From Paraspadella gotoi (taxonomy: Eukaryota > Animalia > Chaetognatha), in assembly GCA_051294375.1 (NCBI GenBank), contig CM119267.1:13029081-13093080 (forward strand): a stretch of DNA of 64,000 nucleotides, read 5' to 3'. This document shows positions 1-13,693 of the stretch, in pieces. Numbering within the stretch: position 1 is the stretch's first letter; the number at the start of each line of letters is the position of its first letter. The position numbers and the translations under genes are program-made. The notes under the pieces are model-generated. The model saw nothing but the letters and a program-made list of their open reading frames with translations. It had not been told where the DNA came from and made no database searches.

Positions 1-108
1 TATTCATTAAATGAATGGATTATTTAATGTTGATTGTACCGATTTCATTAGCGGATTAAACCCGGATCCTCCATCAAACCTTGTGCTCGAATCGTTTCCT
101 CTTTTCAG

Positions 109-1838
109 GTCAAAGGAGCCACTGTCAAACTCTATCGATTGGAATTCCGTTTCCGTGCCACCGACAACGATGCCGAAGCGGACGAAGAATTCTTTCACGA
201 GGTCCGCTGCGTGTCTCGCCCTTTCGTTATCCTCACCAACACCTCCCAGTTTCCTGAAGGTTGGGGCGCAGTTTTCTGGCGTCGCTTCTTCGAGTCGAAG
301 ACGGTCGCCGCCAAGTGGCCCGAGTTTTACGATTGTTTGTCGGAATTTTTCTTTCGACGCGTCGGTCGAGGGTTGAAATCCTCCGGGGAGGCCGACCTTT
401 GGCAAGAGAAGAGGGTGCGGAAGACGTTGATGCAGGGTCTTCCGTCTCATTCTGACTCTATCGACTTTGAAACTCTCGTGGGAAACCTAAAGTTCGGGGT
501 GCTGGACGAGTACAACGCCAAGCAAGGGGGATTTAGTCGGTGTGTACAAATTTTCGAAAGAAAGAATTGTTTGAACTGAGAAACCCTGTAATTTTTAACA
601 GCAAAAATTTATTTCTTTTTTCGTTGGTTATTACTTTTCAAGCACAAGGATTACATTTTCCGGTTTTAGCAATCCCTTATCTCCGAATTAAGAAAAATAT
701 TTATTATTATAGAATGAATAGTGTATGTGTTATAACATGAGTAAATTTACGAAGAGGAAATTTAACCTGGTTTTCCCCACAAAATGCAACTGTAAATATC
801 GCGATTGACCGCAACAGGTGGAGGTACCTCTACTCTTTCATCGATCTGCTCCTAAAACCTTTCGGCGACGCCAAAGACGGCGACAACGCCCTCCTGCGAA
901 TGTGGCGAGACGGCGTCTTGCTGGGTTTTGTGGAGACGGACGACTATTTCCGCCCATGGTGCCGCGGCCTCCGACCCAAACCCAACTGCTTGCTCAGGTT
1001 CAGCAACCGCCAGCCCTCGCGGTTCGTTTTTTCCTTTAAGGTTAAGGTCCTCGACAAGGGCACGAAGAAGATCGCCTGGTTCCACCACCAGTTCACCAAA
1101 AGAAATCTCAAGGAGCAGAAGATCTCTCCAGCCAAAAGGATCCTCCAAGAGACGGTGCTCAAAAGAAAAGGAGAGACCATGGACGGGATGGAGCTGACCG
1201 CGGATTTCGAGGGCCTTCTGGTGCGGCTCGGCGGCGATGGCTGGCCGACTCGCGCGTCGATGCTTCAGGACACGCTCGAGGAATACATGGAAGTGGCGGA
1301 GAAGGAGCCGAAGATCTCCGACGACGGTTACATCGCCGACGTGCCGGGGAATCGGAACATCTGGCCTTTGATCAAGGAAAATCTGGAAAGATTACGCGGG
1401 TTATCTTTGGAGGAGGAGGAAGAGGTGGTGGAGGAAGGGATAATGGAAGGCGCGGTGGGGGTCGCGCAAGGACCCGTTTTCGGCATCACGACCGGCGTCG
1501 ATTCGTGCGTAATTTCGAGCGGCGTTACTCGTGATAATTTTGTCCTCAACTCAACTGAAAACCTTCGCAACATTTCTAGCATAATCTCCAGCGTTACTTC
1601 CGGCGGAGAGTCTGTACTTCTTTCCGAATCCGTCCCTGGCACTTCAACCGCTTTAATTCCCGTGGATTCTGTTGTCACCTCCGAAGGCTCCAACGATTTT
1701 ATTTCCGGCAATGTCGACACTTCTGAAGATAACGGCGGACACGCCTCAGTGGGGCACTTGGCGCCGATTCAGCCGACCCCACCGATCCCACCAACCACGC
1801 TTTATGACGTCCTTCCTCCAAATGTAGGAGAAAAATAA
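109..1838 (+). CDS. STAT-like transcription factor, last two coding exons (109-539, 818-1838); 5' part lies upstream of the window
   Basis: AG acceptor at 107-108, phase-2 GT donor at 540, AG acceptor at 816-817. The translation gives SRPFVILTNTSQFPEGWGAVFW (cf. STAT1 [22 protein letters not shown]), KWPEFYDCLSEFFFRRVGRGL (linker), GFSRWRYL...MWRDGVLLGFV...CLLRFSN (STAT-type SH2 with the conserved Arg), DDGYI (candidate phospho-Tyr) and an acidic S/T/P tail. Confidence 0.8.
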
Positions 1839-2893
1839 ATTTTAATTTTATCAGTAGCTATCAGTAGCCTATATGTACGTCGTACGACGTACGTAAAATA
1901 AAGCGTCAATATGTTTTAATTTTGCGTCATGAGCATGAAGATGTATTTTTTGTTTTAGTTTTTTTAGTTGTAATTATATGTAATTAAATAAAATACATTG
2001 ATTTTTGAATGAGTAGTTTCAAATTTTAATTCATGCTAAGAAAAAGGGACAGGATTCATGATTTATTGCCGCTTGTAGACGTAGATTCGTAGAAGCTGAT
2101 TGAATATTTATTTGCACATACCATATTCTTCAATACATTTAATAAGTTATTCCCATTTTTGTGCTCATTTGTTTTTATCTTGAACGCTTTTGTTGCAGGA
2201 GGCGTCACTGCGACGATTGCTGGAGGAAGTATTGATGCATGGAGACGAAAACGGGGCACGTTGAAAAAAAAAGAATACTTTAATACTTTAATCACTCAAT
2301 AATTCGCTTGTAGTTGCTTCGGTCGAATTTTGGATAAAATAGATATCCAACTATCCAACAACGTTTAAAATGGCCACAATAGACGCTAATTATATAATAT
2401 GAGAATGTTTCGTTTATTTGCTGTCATAGAAAAAGAGAACAGGACGCTAGAAAGAAAGTCATACTAAGTCATACTAATCATTATTAAATTTTGGTTCTAA
2501 AAAAACGGTTCTTTCTTAAAATATTCCACTTAAGGTCAGGGATCAGTCAATTTAAACCTGACGAGAATTTGATATATTGTATATTAGATACCCCCTCGCA
2601 TCTCTCTACTAAGTATTCCATAAAATATGAATAGGTTTTTTTAAATAAAATTTTTACATAAATATTTTTAATTTTTTTCTCGCTAAACCAAGAAATTCGA
2701 GTAAAAACTGATTCTTCACGGTAAGCGTAAATTTTTTTGTTTTCAGTTTGTTTTAATTGAGTGATCGCTTGCCTTAATGTCTTTATAAATGAGAAACATA
2801 AGTTTTTATCTTGTTAAAATTAGTTATAACCAAGTTTAATATAATTTAGTTAAAGCTTTATTTTAACTGCCAATCAGGTCATTTAGCACATTA

Positions 2894-2896
<3 letters not shown>

Positions 2897-2975
<79 letters not shown>
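2897..2975. repeat. (CT)n microsatellite; one of many (CT/GA)n tracts (e.g. ~12977, 13614, 29586, 30262, 33213, 50078, 56015, 61020)
   Basis: Directly visible dinucleotide runs. Confidence 0.95.
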
Positions 2976-2978
<3 letters not shown>

Positions 2979-5399
2979 TCGAAAAGTCAATGGGATGAAA
3001 CGGTCACCCATTTCTCCACCCTCCCTTCTCTCTCTTTCCGCCCCCCCTTTCCTCCCCTATCCCTACCAACGCACACGTTCGTCAAAAAAGTCGCGTCGTC
3101 TCCCTTTTGATATCCCGTGACCCTCACCGGAAGCCACGCCCCCCTCGCCGGAGAAAAACGTTTCATTAGCGGGAGGGTGTGGCCTCGTTTCTCGCGCCTC
3201 GCCGCGTCCTCGCTCACGCAAGCCTAGAATTCGCTCGTGACTTGAAGGGAATGGATAGAGGGAGTGAGAAGGGAAATTTTGGGTGACGCCTCTGCGCTTT
3301 TTCGCTTTCCATGGAGATGCTTAAAGGGGCAGGCGATTTGCAAGAGAAAACGTTTCTTTCTTTTTCTTTTTTTTTTCTCTGGTGGGCAGGGGGTGGGTCG
3401 GTGAAAAAAAGACGAGTGTCCTAATGAAAAAACATAGTAATGACAAGGTTTAAAGGATTACCGAAGATGGAAACAAAACGAACAAACTAATATTTAAGTA
3501 CATTTGATTGATAAAAATTAACAAGCGCTGTAGGGGATGACCGCTTAATAGGAAACAAACTACAAAAGATTTGATAAAAAATTTTAAAATCCGCTACAAA
3601 TATATATGTATATATATTTTTTTCAAGATTCTCACGAGTTATATTAGGGTGGCCTATCTCAGTAAGTTGGGTCGAAAATCTTAATTGAGCACCTGCTCGA
3701 ACGAAAATTAATAATTTAAAAAAAAAATTAAGATAGACAAAACATTTTTAATATGACTCTATACCCTATGTATTAATTTTTAAATATTTATTTTTAGATA
3801 GGAATGGCTGAAAAATTTTTAAGATCGAATTCAGGTAGCTTGCAAAAAGTTGTTTACACAAAGTATAGTTCTTTTTTTGATTTTCTGCTCATAAGTGGGT
3901 GAAAAATAAGAAAAACTATTAAAAATTATTATCATTATTATCTTTCAATAATTATGTCAGTTTTTCTAAATTTTGACAAAGAAAATGTAAGTATTTTTAA
4001 AAATTATAATTATATTTTTTATTTAATTTTTTGTTCTCTATGAGAATCTATCAAAATAATTCAAGATTGATTAAAAAAAATTGTTATCATTATATAGTAA
4101 TATAGTAATTTCGATAGCAACAAGAAACCTATTAAAATTATTTTTTTTTGTAAAAATCTTCTTCTACAAAAGTTTTGTACCCCTGCCCTTTTTTATTTTA
4201 ATTTTATAGTAGATCTCTATTTAATAGAGTAGTTATATATTGGATGTACCAATTTTATATAATTTGGCTTAAAGCGTCATGTAATGAAAACGCATTAACG
4301 TCGATTTAAACACTAAGTGCCTAAGCCAAAGTGCCGAGAAGGTCGGTCGGCTTCTTTTGTCCCGCGGCAAGAAACGGGCGACGAAATTGAACTGATAAAA
4401 AGGGCCAAAAATTGAAGCAAGAAAAAAAATCATTCTCGGCAATTACATCCGCGAACCTCAGACGCAGAGTCAGATCACGCTTAATTTGGTTTTCACCCTA
4501 CTTATGATCATTTTTATTATTTCATTATCTACAGAAATAGAGAAATATTTAAGACCCACTAGTAAATAATTTTTTATCAAGGATTAGTACAAAATATTCA
4601 AATGAATTATGATACTAGAATTACTAAATATTTTTTTCTTTTTCTCTATATTTTAACTTGTTCATTGTAATAGACCATCATCATCATTAGCAAAGATTTT
4701 CAAAAATATTTTCTAAAAGAGCAATCTTTTGCCAATATGCATGTTAAATTTGGTTGCTTATTATGCTAGATTAATATGCGTAATTAATTTTTAATTATTG
4801 AAAAAGATAGAATAATTTATTTTTTGAAAAAAACATTTTTGAGTTCAAAATTTTAGATCTAGACTATGAATCAAAATTTTGTATTTTGAAAAATTTCAGA
4901 TTCAAGGCATTCAATTTTTTTTAACAATCTGATGTTTTTTGTTTTTTGATATCTCTATTTTTGATGCAAAATTAAAATTCTGAATGACGATTGGTCAAGT
5001 CTTTAAAATCTTTAATGAAATAAAGCTTTGCTCAAATTAAGAATATTAGATGTTTTATATAAAAAAGAAAATGATGAAAGCTTGAAATTAAATAAAATTT
5101 GAAAAATATATGTTAGTGGAGGTGGTCGAGATAAAAATAGCGAACAAAATGAGATGAATTGATTTATTGAAATCAGAAAAGCGAATGGAATCGAATTGGC
5201 TTATTGTACAAAGTGGCATTCATTTTTATAGAGAGAGAAACTTTGGTTACATTGGTAAACAAAACAAAAAATCAAAATAATTTCTTATCGGGCTATGGAA
5301 TTTCTAAAGAATTCGTCTGGAGATTTTATTTTCATTCTTATATAATAATACTCAGGATCTCTACTTGTTTGTATTTGTATCTATTTAAAATTTTAATAT

Positions 5400-6085
5400 G
5401 ATAAGCAGTGGGTCAAGCTTTTTGTTTCCAGTTATGGAAGATAATGAAAGATGCCGATTTTTTTCACAGACAAAACTGTTTATATCAAACTGAAAATAAC
5501 TTTTAATTTATAATTTTACATATTTAAAACAACATTTTATCATGCTACTACATGTATTTTTGCTTGTTTTTTACTTTAAATTAAAAATACATACAAATTT
5601 ATAGAATAAAAAAACTTTATTGGTAATCAAAATGTAATTCAGTCTTTCCTTTTTTCAAATCCGAAAGAAAAACAAAAAAATCATATGCCTTCAATGAAAT
5701 TTTTAACTCAAAAACTGTTATACATTAACTAGGTTTTAAACAAATCCTGTCTAAACATGTTAGGATACTATTTGATAAAACTATTTCGAAAGGTGTCCCA
5801 TGATTAGGGCTTTAATTTGATATCACCCTTCTATATTTTTTCTTTCAAAAGTTATGCAAAAAAATAACTTTTTTTTACCATCGGAGAACGAAGGATTTGA
5901 ACTACGCAGTACAAATCTTTGTTAAATAAACATTTTGGCGAAGGGGAGTATCTCAATTTATTCTATTTGTACAATATCTAAATTTCAAAATAAAACCTAA
6001 AAAATTTTTTTTTATCATCTATCACTTTCAGTTGTACCCATCGTCTTACTCATTTATGGCTTATGGTTTAAGAAATCAGGAAAAC
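5400..6085 (+). repeat. ~700 bp interspersed repeat, copy 1
   Basis: Colinear with ~8484-9195; shared blocks include ggtaatcaaaatgtaattcagtctttcc, gaaaggtgtcccatgattagggctttaatttgata and gtacccatcgtcttactcatttatgg. Confidence 0.8.
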
Positions 6086-8483
6086 AAGGTAGCTATTCCA
6101 AATTTCGAAATTTACACTGTATTTTAATGTATCATTCGAGCCGAATCATATTTTGCATGTATTTGTCCAGCATAACTGTCAGGAAGGGATGGCTTGTTAG
6201 TACAAATGGTCTGACAAAGTAAATTCAATTTTTTTCGGACAAATGTATTTTATTTTTATTTCTCTTTGCGTCCTCAGTTTCGCTCGATCGCTCTCCCTCT
6301 CTTTCTCTCGCTCTCCCAGGATTGTTATTATTGGCCCCTGTTCCGAGCGAAGAGGGAGATGGACGATCTTAAAATTGAGAAAAGGGGATTAAACTGACCG
6401 AAAGAAATGATACGGGTCTTCCTGAAACTTTTCGCTTTACAGGCAACACGACTAGAGTTCATGCTTCAATCATCGGAAAGGCATTTGAGTAAAAGTCGAG
6501 TTAATAAGAGAATTTTGACTAGTCGGTATCCACTATTCAATACCCAATTACCCGAAGTTCCTTTGGCCATTATGAATTTTAAAACTATTATATCTACTAA
6601 TGTAGACTCGAGTCAGTTCAGGTTAGATCTTAATGAAGTTAAGAGAATATTTTAGCATTACTTCTAAAGTTTCAAGTTACAATTTTATCCCCTACTGTAC
6701 AACGATAATGAAATTTAACTAAAGTTAAATTTAATTCTATATTTAATTTAAAAAATTCGAACTCGACTGTCCTGGCGGACCCAGTTTCTATGAAAAGCTT
6801 CTTCTTTCTGCTTAAAAAAATGACAATAGAAAAACAAACTAGTTGAGATTTGCTAAAAAAATTACGCCGGGCTATGTATCGAAAATGGCCAACTCGATTC
6901 GGACCAATCACAAAGATTTCTGGGCCTTTTTTGTTACGTTCGATCTTGATTCTTGGTTTTAGGGAAACGAGAGTGAAGTGTAGACAACGGGAGGAATGGA
7001 GGATGGGAGGCCGTATCATCGCGCTGAGAGGAGGAGGGGGTTGAAGAAAACGTGGGGAGCAAATTTGGAGGTTGAGACTTGATTGCGTCGGGGTCGGCGA
7101 TCGAGGGTAGCAAAAGAATCCTGGGCCGTTTTTCTATTCGATCTATCGGAAAGCGTAGGACAGAATAACCATTCTTTTCTCTGATTGGTCCAACTATTCT
7201 CGCTTATCCATTGGACAGAGGAGTATCCCTGATCGCTGATAGGTCATCGTGAAGATGTAATATTTTCTCTTTCTCTCATCAACTCTCTCTCCCTCCCTCT
7301 CTTTCTTCACCCCCTCCTTCCCGACCGGCTCAACAGCAGTCCACGTTTTAATCTCACGTGATTCGAACTGAATTAAGAAGACAGTAAAATGAAAAATTGA
7401 GGCGCCAGGGGGAAGAGAACTCTAAGAAGCGTGGGGGGGAGTCGTGTGTGTATTTCTCCATGGCGGCCATCTTTGTCGACGTCGTTGTTGTTGTTCTCTT
7501 CATGTCATTCCCACATCAATTCTTTTTTTTTTCTGTTTTGTTTTTATTGGCGATATCGCATAAATCGTGGTCAAGAAGCCTTCAACGTTGGATTGCAGTT
7601 ATGTTTTTTCTTTCTCTCTGCAGATTCGAGCCTCGAAACGAGGCCAGGGGTCTCCTATTTTCCTCTCTTTTTTTATTTTTCTCTTTCCCTCTCTCTTTGT
7701 TGTCCTCTTTCCTTCTGTTTTTATACACATGTGATCTTTTTCTTTATCAAGTTATTAACTCCAGTTCTATATTTACTAGTTACCTCGTTTAAAAAGAAAA
7801 ATGACCAAGATTAGGAGTCTACCTCGCTCTTGAAGTTATGGAAGATTTTTTCATCGGAGATTTTCTTTCGAATTTGACTACCAAACTTTATAAACGCCCC
7901 TGGTAGATTACTCCATAAATATTTAAATTTGTCAGAACGTTTTTCCCCTTTTTTTTCCCATATTTTTTTGACACGCTAAACGTTTCTCTGATTACGCAAA
8001 ATTTCCTGAAAGAAATACAAAATTAATAGTACCAATGGTTAGTGTTATGTCTCGAATAGATGGAAAAAAATCTTGTTTAAAAATTCGATCGGGAAGTGGG
8101 GTAATTAAGACTTACCAATGGCTTCCTCTACGTCGATCGTTCTTTCAAATAATTTTTTTATTTAATACATTTGAAAGGGAAAAAAAATCAGAATGCAGGT
8201 TGCAGATAATCTGGACCTACTGACTTGATTATCTTATGTTTTGTGAAATGGGGGCAATAAAGAAACCTAAAAAATTTGATCATTAAGTCAGTCAATAAAC
8301 CCTTTCCAATGGGCTATTTTTTGTTTTCTTAATTCAAATGGATGATAAGTAATAGAATTAAATTCCTTGTATAAAGGTTGTATTATTTAAAAGAAAATTA
8401 TCAATACAAATAAACAAAATGATATCTTGCTTTATCAAATATGTCGCCAGCTATGTATTTTTAAAAAAAAATTATTATGATAA

Positions 8484-9195
8484 ACAAGCAGTGTGTCAAG
8501 CTTTTTTTTTGCAGTTGAAAATAATGAAAAATGACGATTTTTTTTCACAGATAAGAAGTAAGACGTCCAGACTATTTATATCAATCGGAAAATATTTTTA
8601 TATTTATCATTTTTTATAATATAAAAGATATTTAATCCAGCTACCTCATAAATTTTTGCTTGTTTTTTACTTTAACTGAAAAATATAAGCAAATTTATTG
8701 AGTAGAGAAAATTTAATGGTAATCAAAATGTAATTCAGTCTTTCCTTTTTCAAATTACAAAAGAAAAAAACATATTTCATATGTCTTCATTGAAATTTTT
8801 AATGCAAAAAACTGTTATACTTTTAACTCCGATTTAGATTAAAGCTGTGTAAAGATTTATGGATAAAATTTTAAAAAACTATTTTAGAAAGGTGTCCCAT
8901 GATTAGGGCTTTAATTTGATACCTCACCCACCTTCATACCTCCTTTCTTTCAAAAGTTATTCAAGAAAATCACTTTTTTTTACCATCGGAGAACTAAAAA
9001 TTTGAACTACGTAGTACAAATCTTATTTCAATAAAAATTTTGGCAAAGTGGGAGTATCTTAATTTATCTTATTGGTACAATACCTAAATTTCAAAATGAA
9101 ACCTAAAGAAAAATATTCCGACCTCTAGAGAAATATCACTTTCAGATGTACCCATCGTCTTACTCATTTATGGATTACGCTGGAAGAAATCAGCG
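8484..9195 (+). repeat. ~700 bp interspersed repeat, copy 2
   Basis: Diverged direct copy of ~5400-6085. Confidence 0.8.
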
Positions 9196-10191
9196 AAACG
9201 TTTTCTATTTTTTTTAATAGTTTGTACTAGCGCGTCAGAAATCTAAGAAGAAACTAGAAAATTTTATTCTGACAAATTTTGCCCTTCAAGGCTATATGAC
9301 TATATGACTATATCTCGGAAACCATTGTAGGAATTTAAAAACGGTTTTTTGCAAGTGAATATTGATATCATCCTCCAGGGACCGGCATAAAAATATATAA
9401 AAAAATAAACTGATATTAGCTCTCGAGTCTCGAGTGAGGTATCTACCCCTGGGGAAAATTCCGGTAAAAAATAGATAAAAAAAACGCTCGATTCCGACAG
9501 TGTTGCGTCTGAAGAGATTTTTTTGAAACTTAACAATAGCAATTTTGCCATCATTCTACATTGGCTGGTATAAGAATATATTAACAAAACCTCTGGCTTT
9601 TTTCGTCAGAGTTTAGTCCTACAAAATTAAAGGCGAAGCTCCCATTCGCCATTAATATTGCATCGTAATGACAAAATCAAGAAAAAACATCAAGCATTCT
9701 AAGTCAATTTATTTCTTCCCATTTTCTGACAGAGCAAATTCTCTCTATCTCCGAATGCGTTTTGCCTCAAAAACCAAATTCCGCGCGCTCACCTAAAAAA
9801 AAAAGGCATGGCATCCGTTTCCAAACCATTTTCAGAATATCGAGAACCGCAGTTCTCCTTTTTTTTCCCTGTTGCTGGTCCCATATTTTATTGCCTCCCT
9901 TCCCGGCGAATAAAAAAGTTGGAATTCGAGGCCCTCCTGAACTTTCCCCAGTTTTGAGGAGAAAAGGCAACTATGGCAACGGTGTAGTTTCTCTCACATT
10001 TTTTGTCGCGCGAGTTTTTTATTTTGTTCCATCGCTCGCTTTTATTGGCTTCAGCTCTGGAGTCGAGTTTTCATTATTGGATAATGAAGCGATTCTTTCA
10101 TTTCATATTACAATTTAATTTGATTTCTTTGTTTCTTTCTATATTCTTTTATTTCTCCTTTTATTCTTCTTTTTTCCTCTCCTTGTTTGTT

Positions 10192-10247
<56 letters not shown>

Positions 10248-11511
10248 TATTTTTTTTTAAATTTCAAGTTTTTTTCTTTCTTTGTCTCTTTTATTTCAGA
10301 AAAAAAAAAAATTATTCCTCCCTTTCCTTTTTCTACAGCCTCCATTTCTAAAACTACCTTTGACCCATGAATAATTGAACATAATCCAATTGAATTGGAT
10401 TGGATAAATTTAATAAAATTGGATAAATGTAATTCTTTGCAGAACGAGAAAAAAGAGAAAGAGAAATGTAACGGAGAGGGAGATAGTGAGAGGCGAGAGG
10501 GGGAATGATCGGTGATTGTAAATCGGTATGATGCAAGTAAGTGAGGGTTACAGTCGCGGTTTCAATAAGTTTAATTGTAGAAGCAGTAAGGGGGGCTCGG
10601 TGTTGTAGGGCGAGGGCCTGAGGGCTTTTCAGTGTTTACCTCAAGGTATGGAGCAAGTTGAACTGTGAATGTAGAATTAGTAAAATTATTAATATAACCA
10701 TAGATGAGTTTTTATCTACTTTTTTTAGAAAGATTAAAGATTTCAAGGTTTTTTATATTGACTTTAGCGATTGTTCCTAGATTTGATGATAAAAAGACGT
10801 TCATTAATCTTTTTCACGATCCTTGAAATAAATAATTTATCTTTAAGATTTTCTGAATCAAATCTAAATATAATGTTGTGATCAATTTTACCCCGATGGT
10901 ACGCATTTAAAAATACGTAATTTTTGATTGAAAGAAGAGAGAAAGAAGATAAGAGTGAGAAAGAGAGATAAAGAGAGAGAAAGAGAGAGAAATAAAGCGT
11001 TCAAAACCTGTGAGGGACGCATGAAAAAATTACAAACAAATGCATTTGAAAATGAATATCTTTCGAGCAGCCTAAACTAAATGAGGGGGAGGGTACTAGG
11101 GGGGCGTCGGGAGAAGAGGTTGAGGCGGATGGTCGGAGATGGGCGCCTTCGTTTTTGTTCGACCGACAACGCTTTGAGGTCAGTTTGAGCAACCACGACA
11201 AAGACGATGAAGTTCTACGAGGACATTGGGGAGGGGAAGGAGTGGGGAAGAAGTGTGAATGATGCAACCGTGAGCGGTAAAGTAGAAAGGAGGGTCAAGC
11301 AGAAGCCCGACTAGCGATAGGAGAGTTTTTACGGTCGCAGGTAGAGAGAGAAGACGGGAAATAATTAATAAAACTTGGCGGATACTGGGAGAGGGAGAAA
11401 AACTGACGAGAGCCCCTCGTCGGCCAGAATCGGGGCCCCCCGAAACAATGGGCCCTCGGCGCAATCAGGGACTCGCCAGCAACTAGTTAAATCACTCGCT
11501 TTTGCTACCGT

Positions 11512-11543
<32 letters not shown>

Positions 11544-12973
11544 NNNNNNNNNNTTTGATCGCCGGTCGATGATATGAAGGGAGAAGAGGGTTCGGGATTG
11601 AATGGGGAGATAGAGAAGGGGTTAACCGAGCCACTACTGAAAGGGTAGAGCAACGAAAGGAAATTAGGCACGCGGCATTTTGAATATTTTTTTTAATCAT
11701 TTTTATTTTTTTACCGTTTGTTACTCTTTTGATTTGGGTAGAAGAATAAAGAGAAATATTCCGTGTCCATTCGTGACTGAAGTAGTGGTAAATAAATTAA
11801 AAATGAAGTAAATTGATTCACAAAAAACGTCTCACCGTAGTTTAATTATATATAAAATTGGTACAACCAATATTTGATTTGTTATCTGATTTAACTATTT
11901 CAGGTATGATGAATATTTTTTATTATTTATCATTCCCGCTTGGACACGGGGTAAAGAATAGTGCCCAAGCATCTTCGGGTAGTTTCGGAAAGTATGATAA
12001 AACGAGTAGATTTGCTTGATTAAACTTAAATATTAAATTTAAAGAAAATGATTTCAGCATTAGGAAAACGGTAAGGAGTAGAAAAGTTGTGGGTGAGTGC
12101 CGAAGAGAAGGTTATAACGGATACGGAGCGTGGCTCAGGACGGTGGGAAACCCAGCGGAAAAAGGGAACCGGGCTAATCTTCGTTGGGGCCAGGGTTTTA
12201 AAAAGAGAGAAGGGAAAGAAACGGGAGAGAGCTGTCCTTCCCTCTCTCTCTTTCGCTCTTCATCGTTGGCGTGGGCCGCTCGTTCTACCGCGAATCTTGC
12301 TTCGCTTGCGGGTCGGAAGAGGGGGGCAAGGTTGAGAGTGGGCTATGAGAGGGGTAGACTGCCTGCGATGCTGACAAATGTTCCCTTTTCAAATGATATG
12401 TTGTTTTAAAATATCAATCTCTAAATTTGGGATATAAAATTGTTACAGTAAATTTTATAAATAAAATTAGGTGCGTGGACGAAAAAATACGCAATTAACA
12501 ATAAAGTTTATTTAACAAAGAATCATAATCTGCAATAATCTGCAATAGCTTGCTCCGATCAAAACGGGGAGCGGGGAGAGTCGGCTAAAGAGCATCGCCA
12601 CGCATTCCCCAATCGACCGGCCGAGGATGCACGAGGATCCCAGCGATCGAGAGAGCGAGTGAGAGAGACAGAGAGAGAGCGAGAGAGAGGCAAGCTCCGC
12701 GCGGACAGCCCCACGCGGCCGGCGAAGCCCATGAGGTTCCCATCCTCGCGAACGCGATCCGAACAAGGGCGAAGGTTCGTAAACAGGGGTAGATATTTAC
12801 GATTGAAGTATTAAAGTATAATTGAAATAAGATATTGAAAGAAGTTCAAAAAATTAAAATTTTCTTCTCATTATTTATCTGAAAAATCTTATTTCATGGT
12901 CGTTTTGAAAATCGAAAGAATGTGTTCTTGGATGGTATAAGTATTAGCAATCCCTGTCTTTAGGTTAATGTGA

Positions 12974-13025
<52 letters not shown>

Positions 13026-13457
13026 CTACACGCTCCAGCACCCACGAACGCGTCATCGTCTTCCTCCTCCTCTTCCTCCTCCTCATCCTCCTCCACATCT
13101 TCGTCGACATCCTCGATCTCGTATCCTCCACCGATTCATTCGACGCTCGAGTCGATCCTCGGATTGAGACGGAGTCGTGAGACGAAGAGAGCGAGACGTT
13201 TTGGCGAGAAATCGAGAAAAGTTAGAAAGCCCCGTCAAGGGAGACACTCGCTCTCGATCCCGTTGTCTTTCCGTCATCGTCACCCTCTGTCTCTGTCTCT
13301 GTCTCGTCTCTTGGAAAAAAAAATAGTCTCGCTATGGAAATCTCATTAACGTCGACGTTTTGGTTCTGGAGATAAAAACAAACTTCTCAAACCGTCATCC
13401 GACGCTTAAATTAAAAAAAACATACTAACAAAAAAATACGAAAAAATAAACAACGAG

Positions 13458-13609
13458 ATGTCGCTCCATCTTTACGCCTACCGAGGGTGGGACGACAAAG
13501 TCAAAGAACTCATCGATGCAGCAGAAGTTGACATCAACGAAGTTGGAAACGAAGGCAACACCCCGTTGCATGACGCCTGCGCAAATGGGCACGGCAAGGT
13601 TCGTGAGCA

Positions 13610-13693
<84 letters not shown>

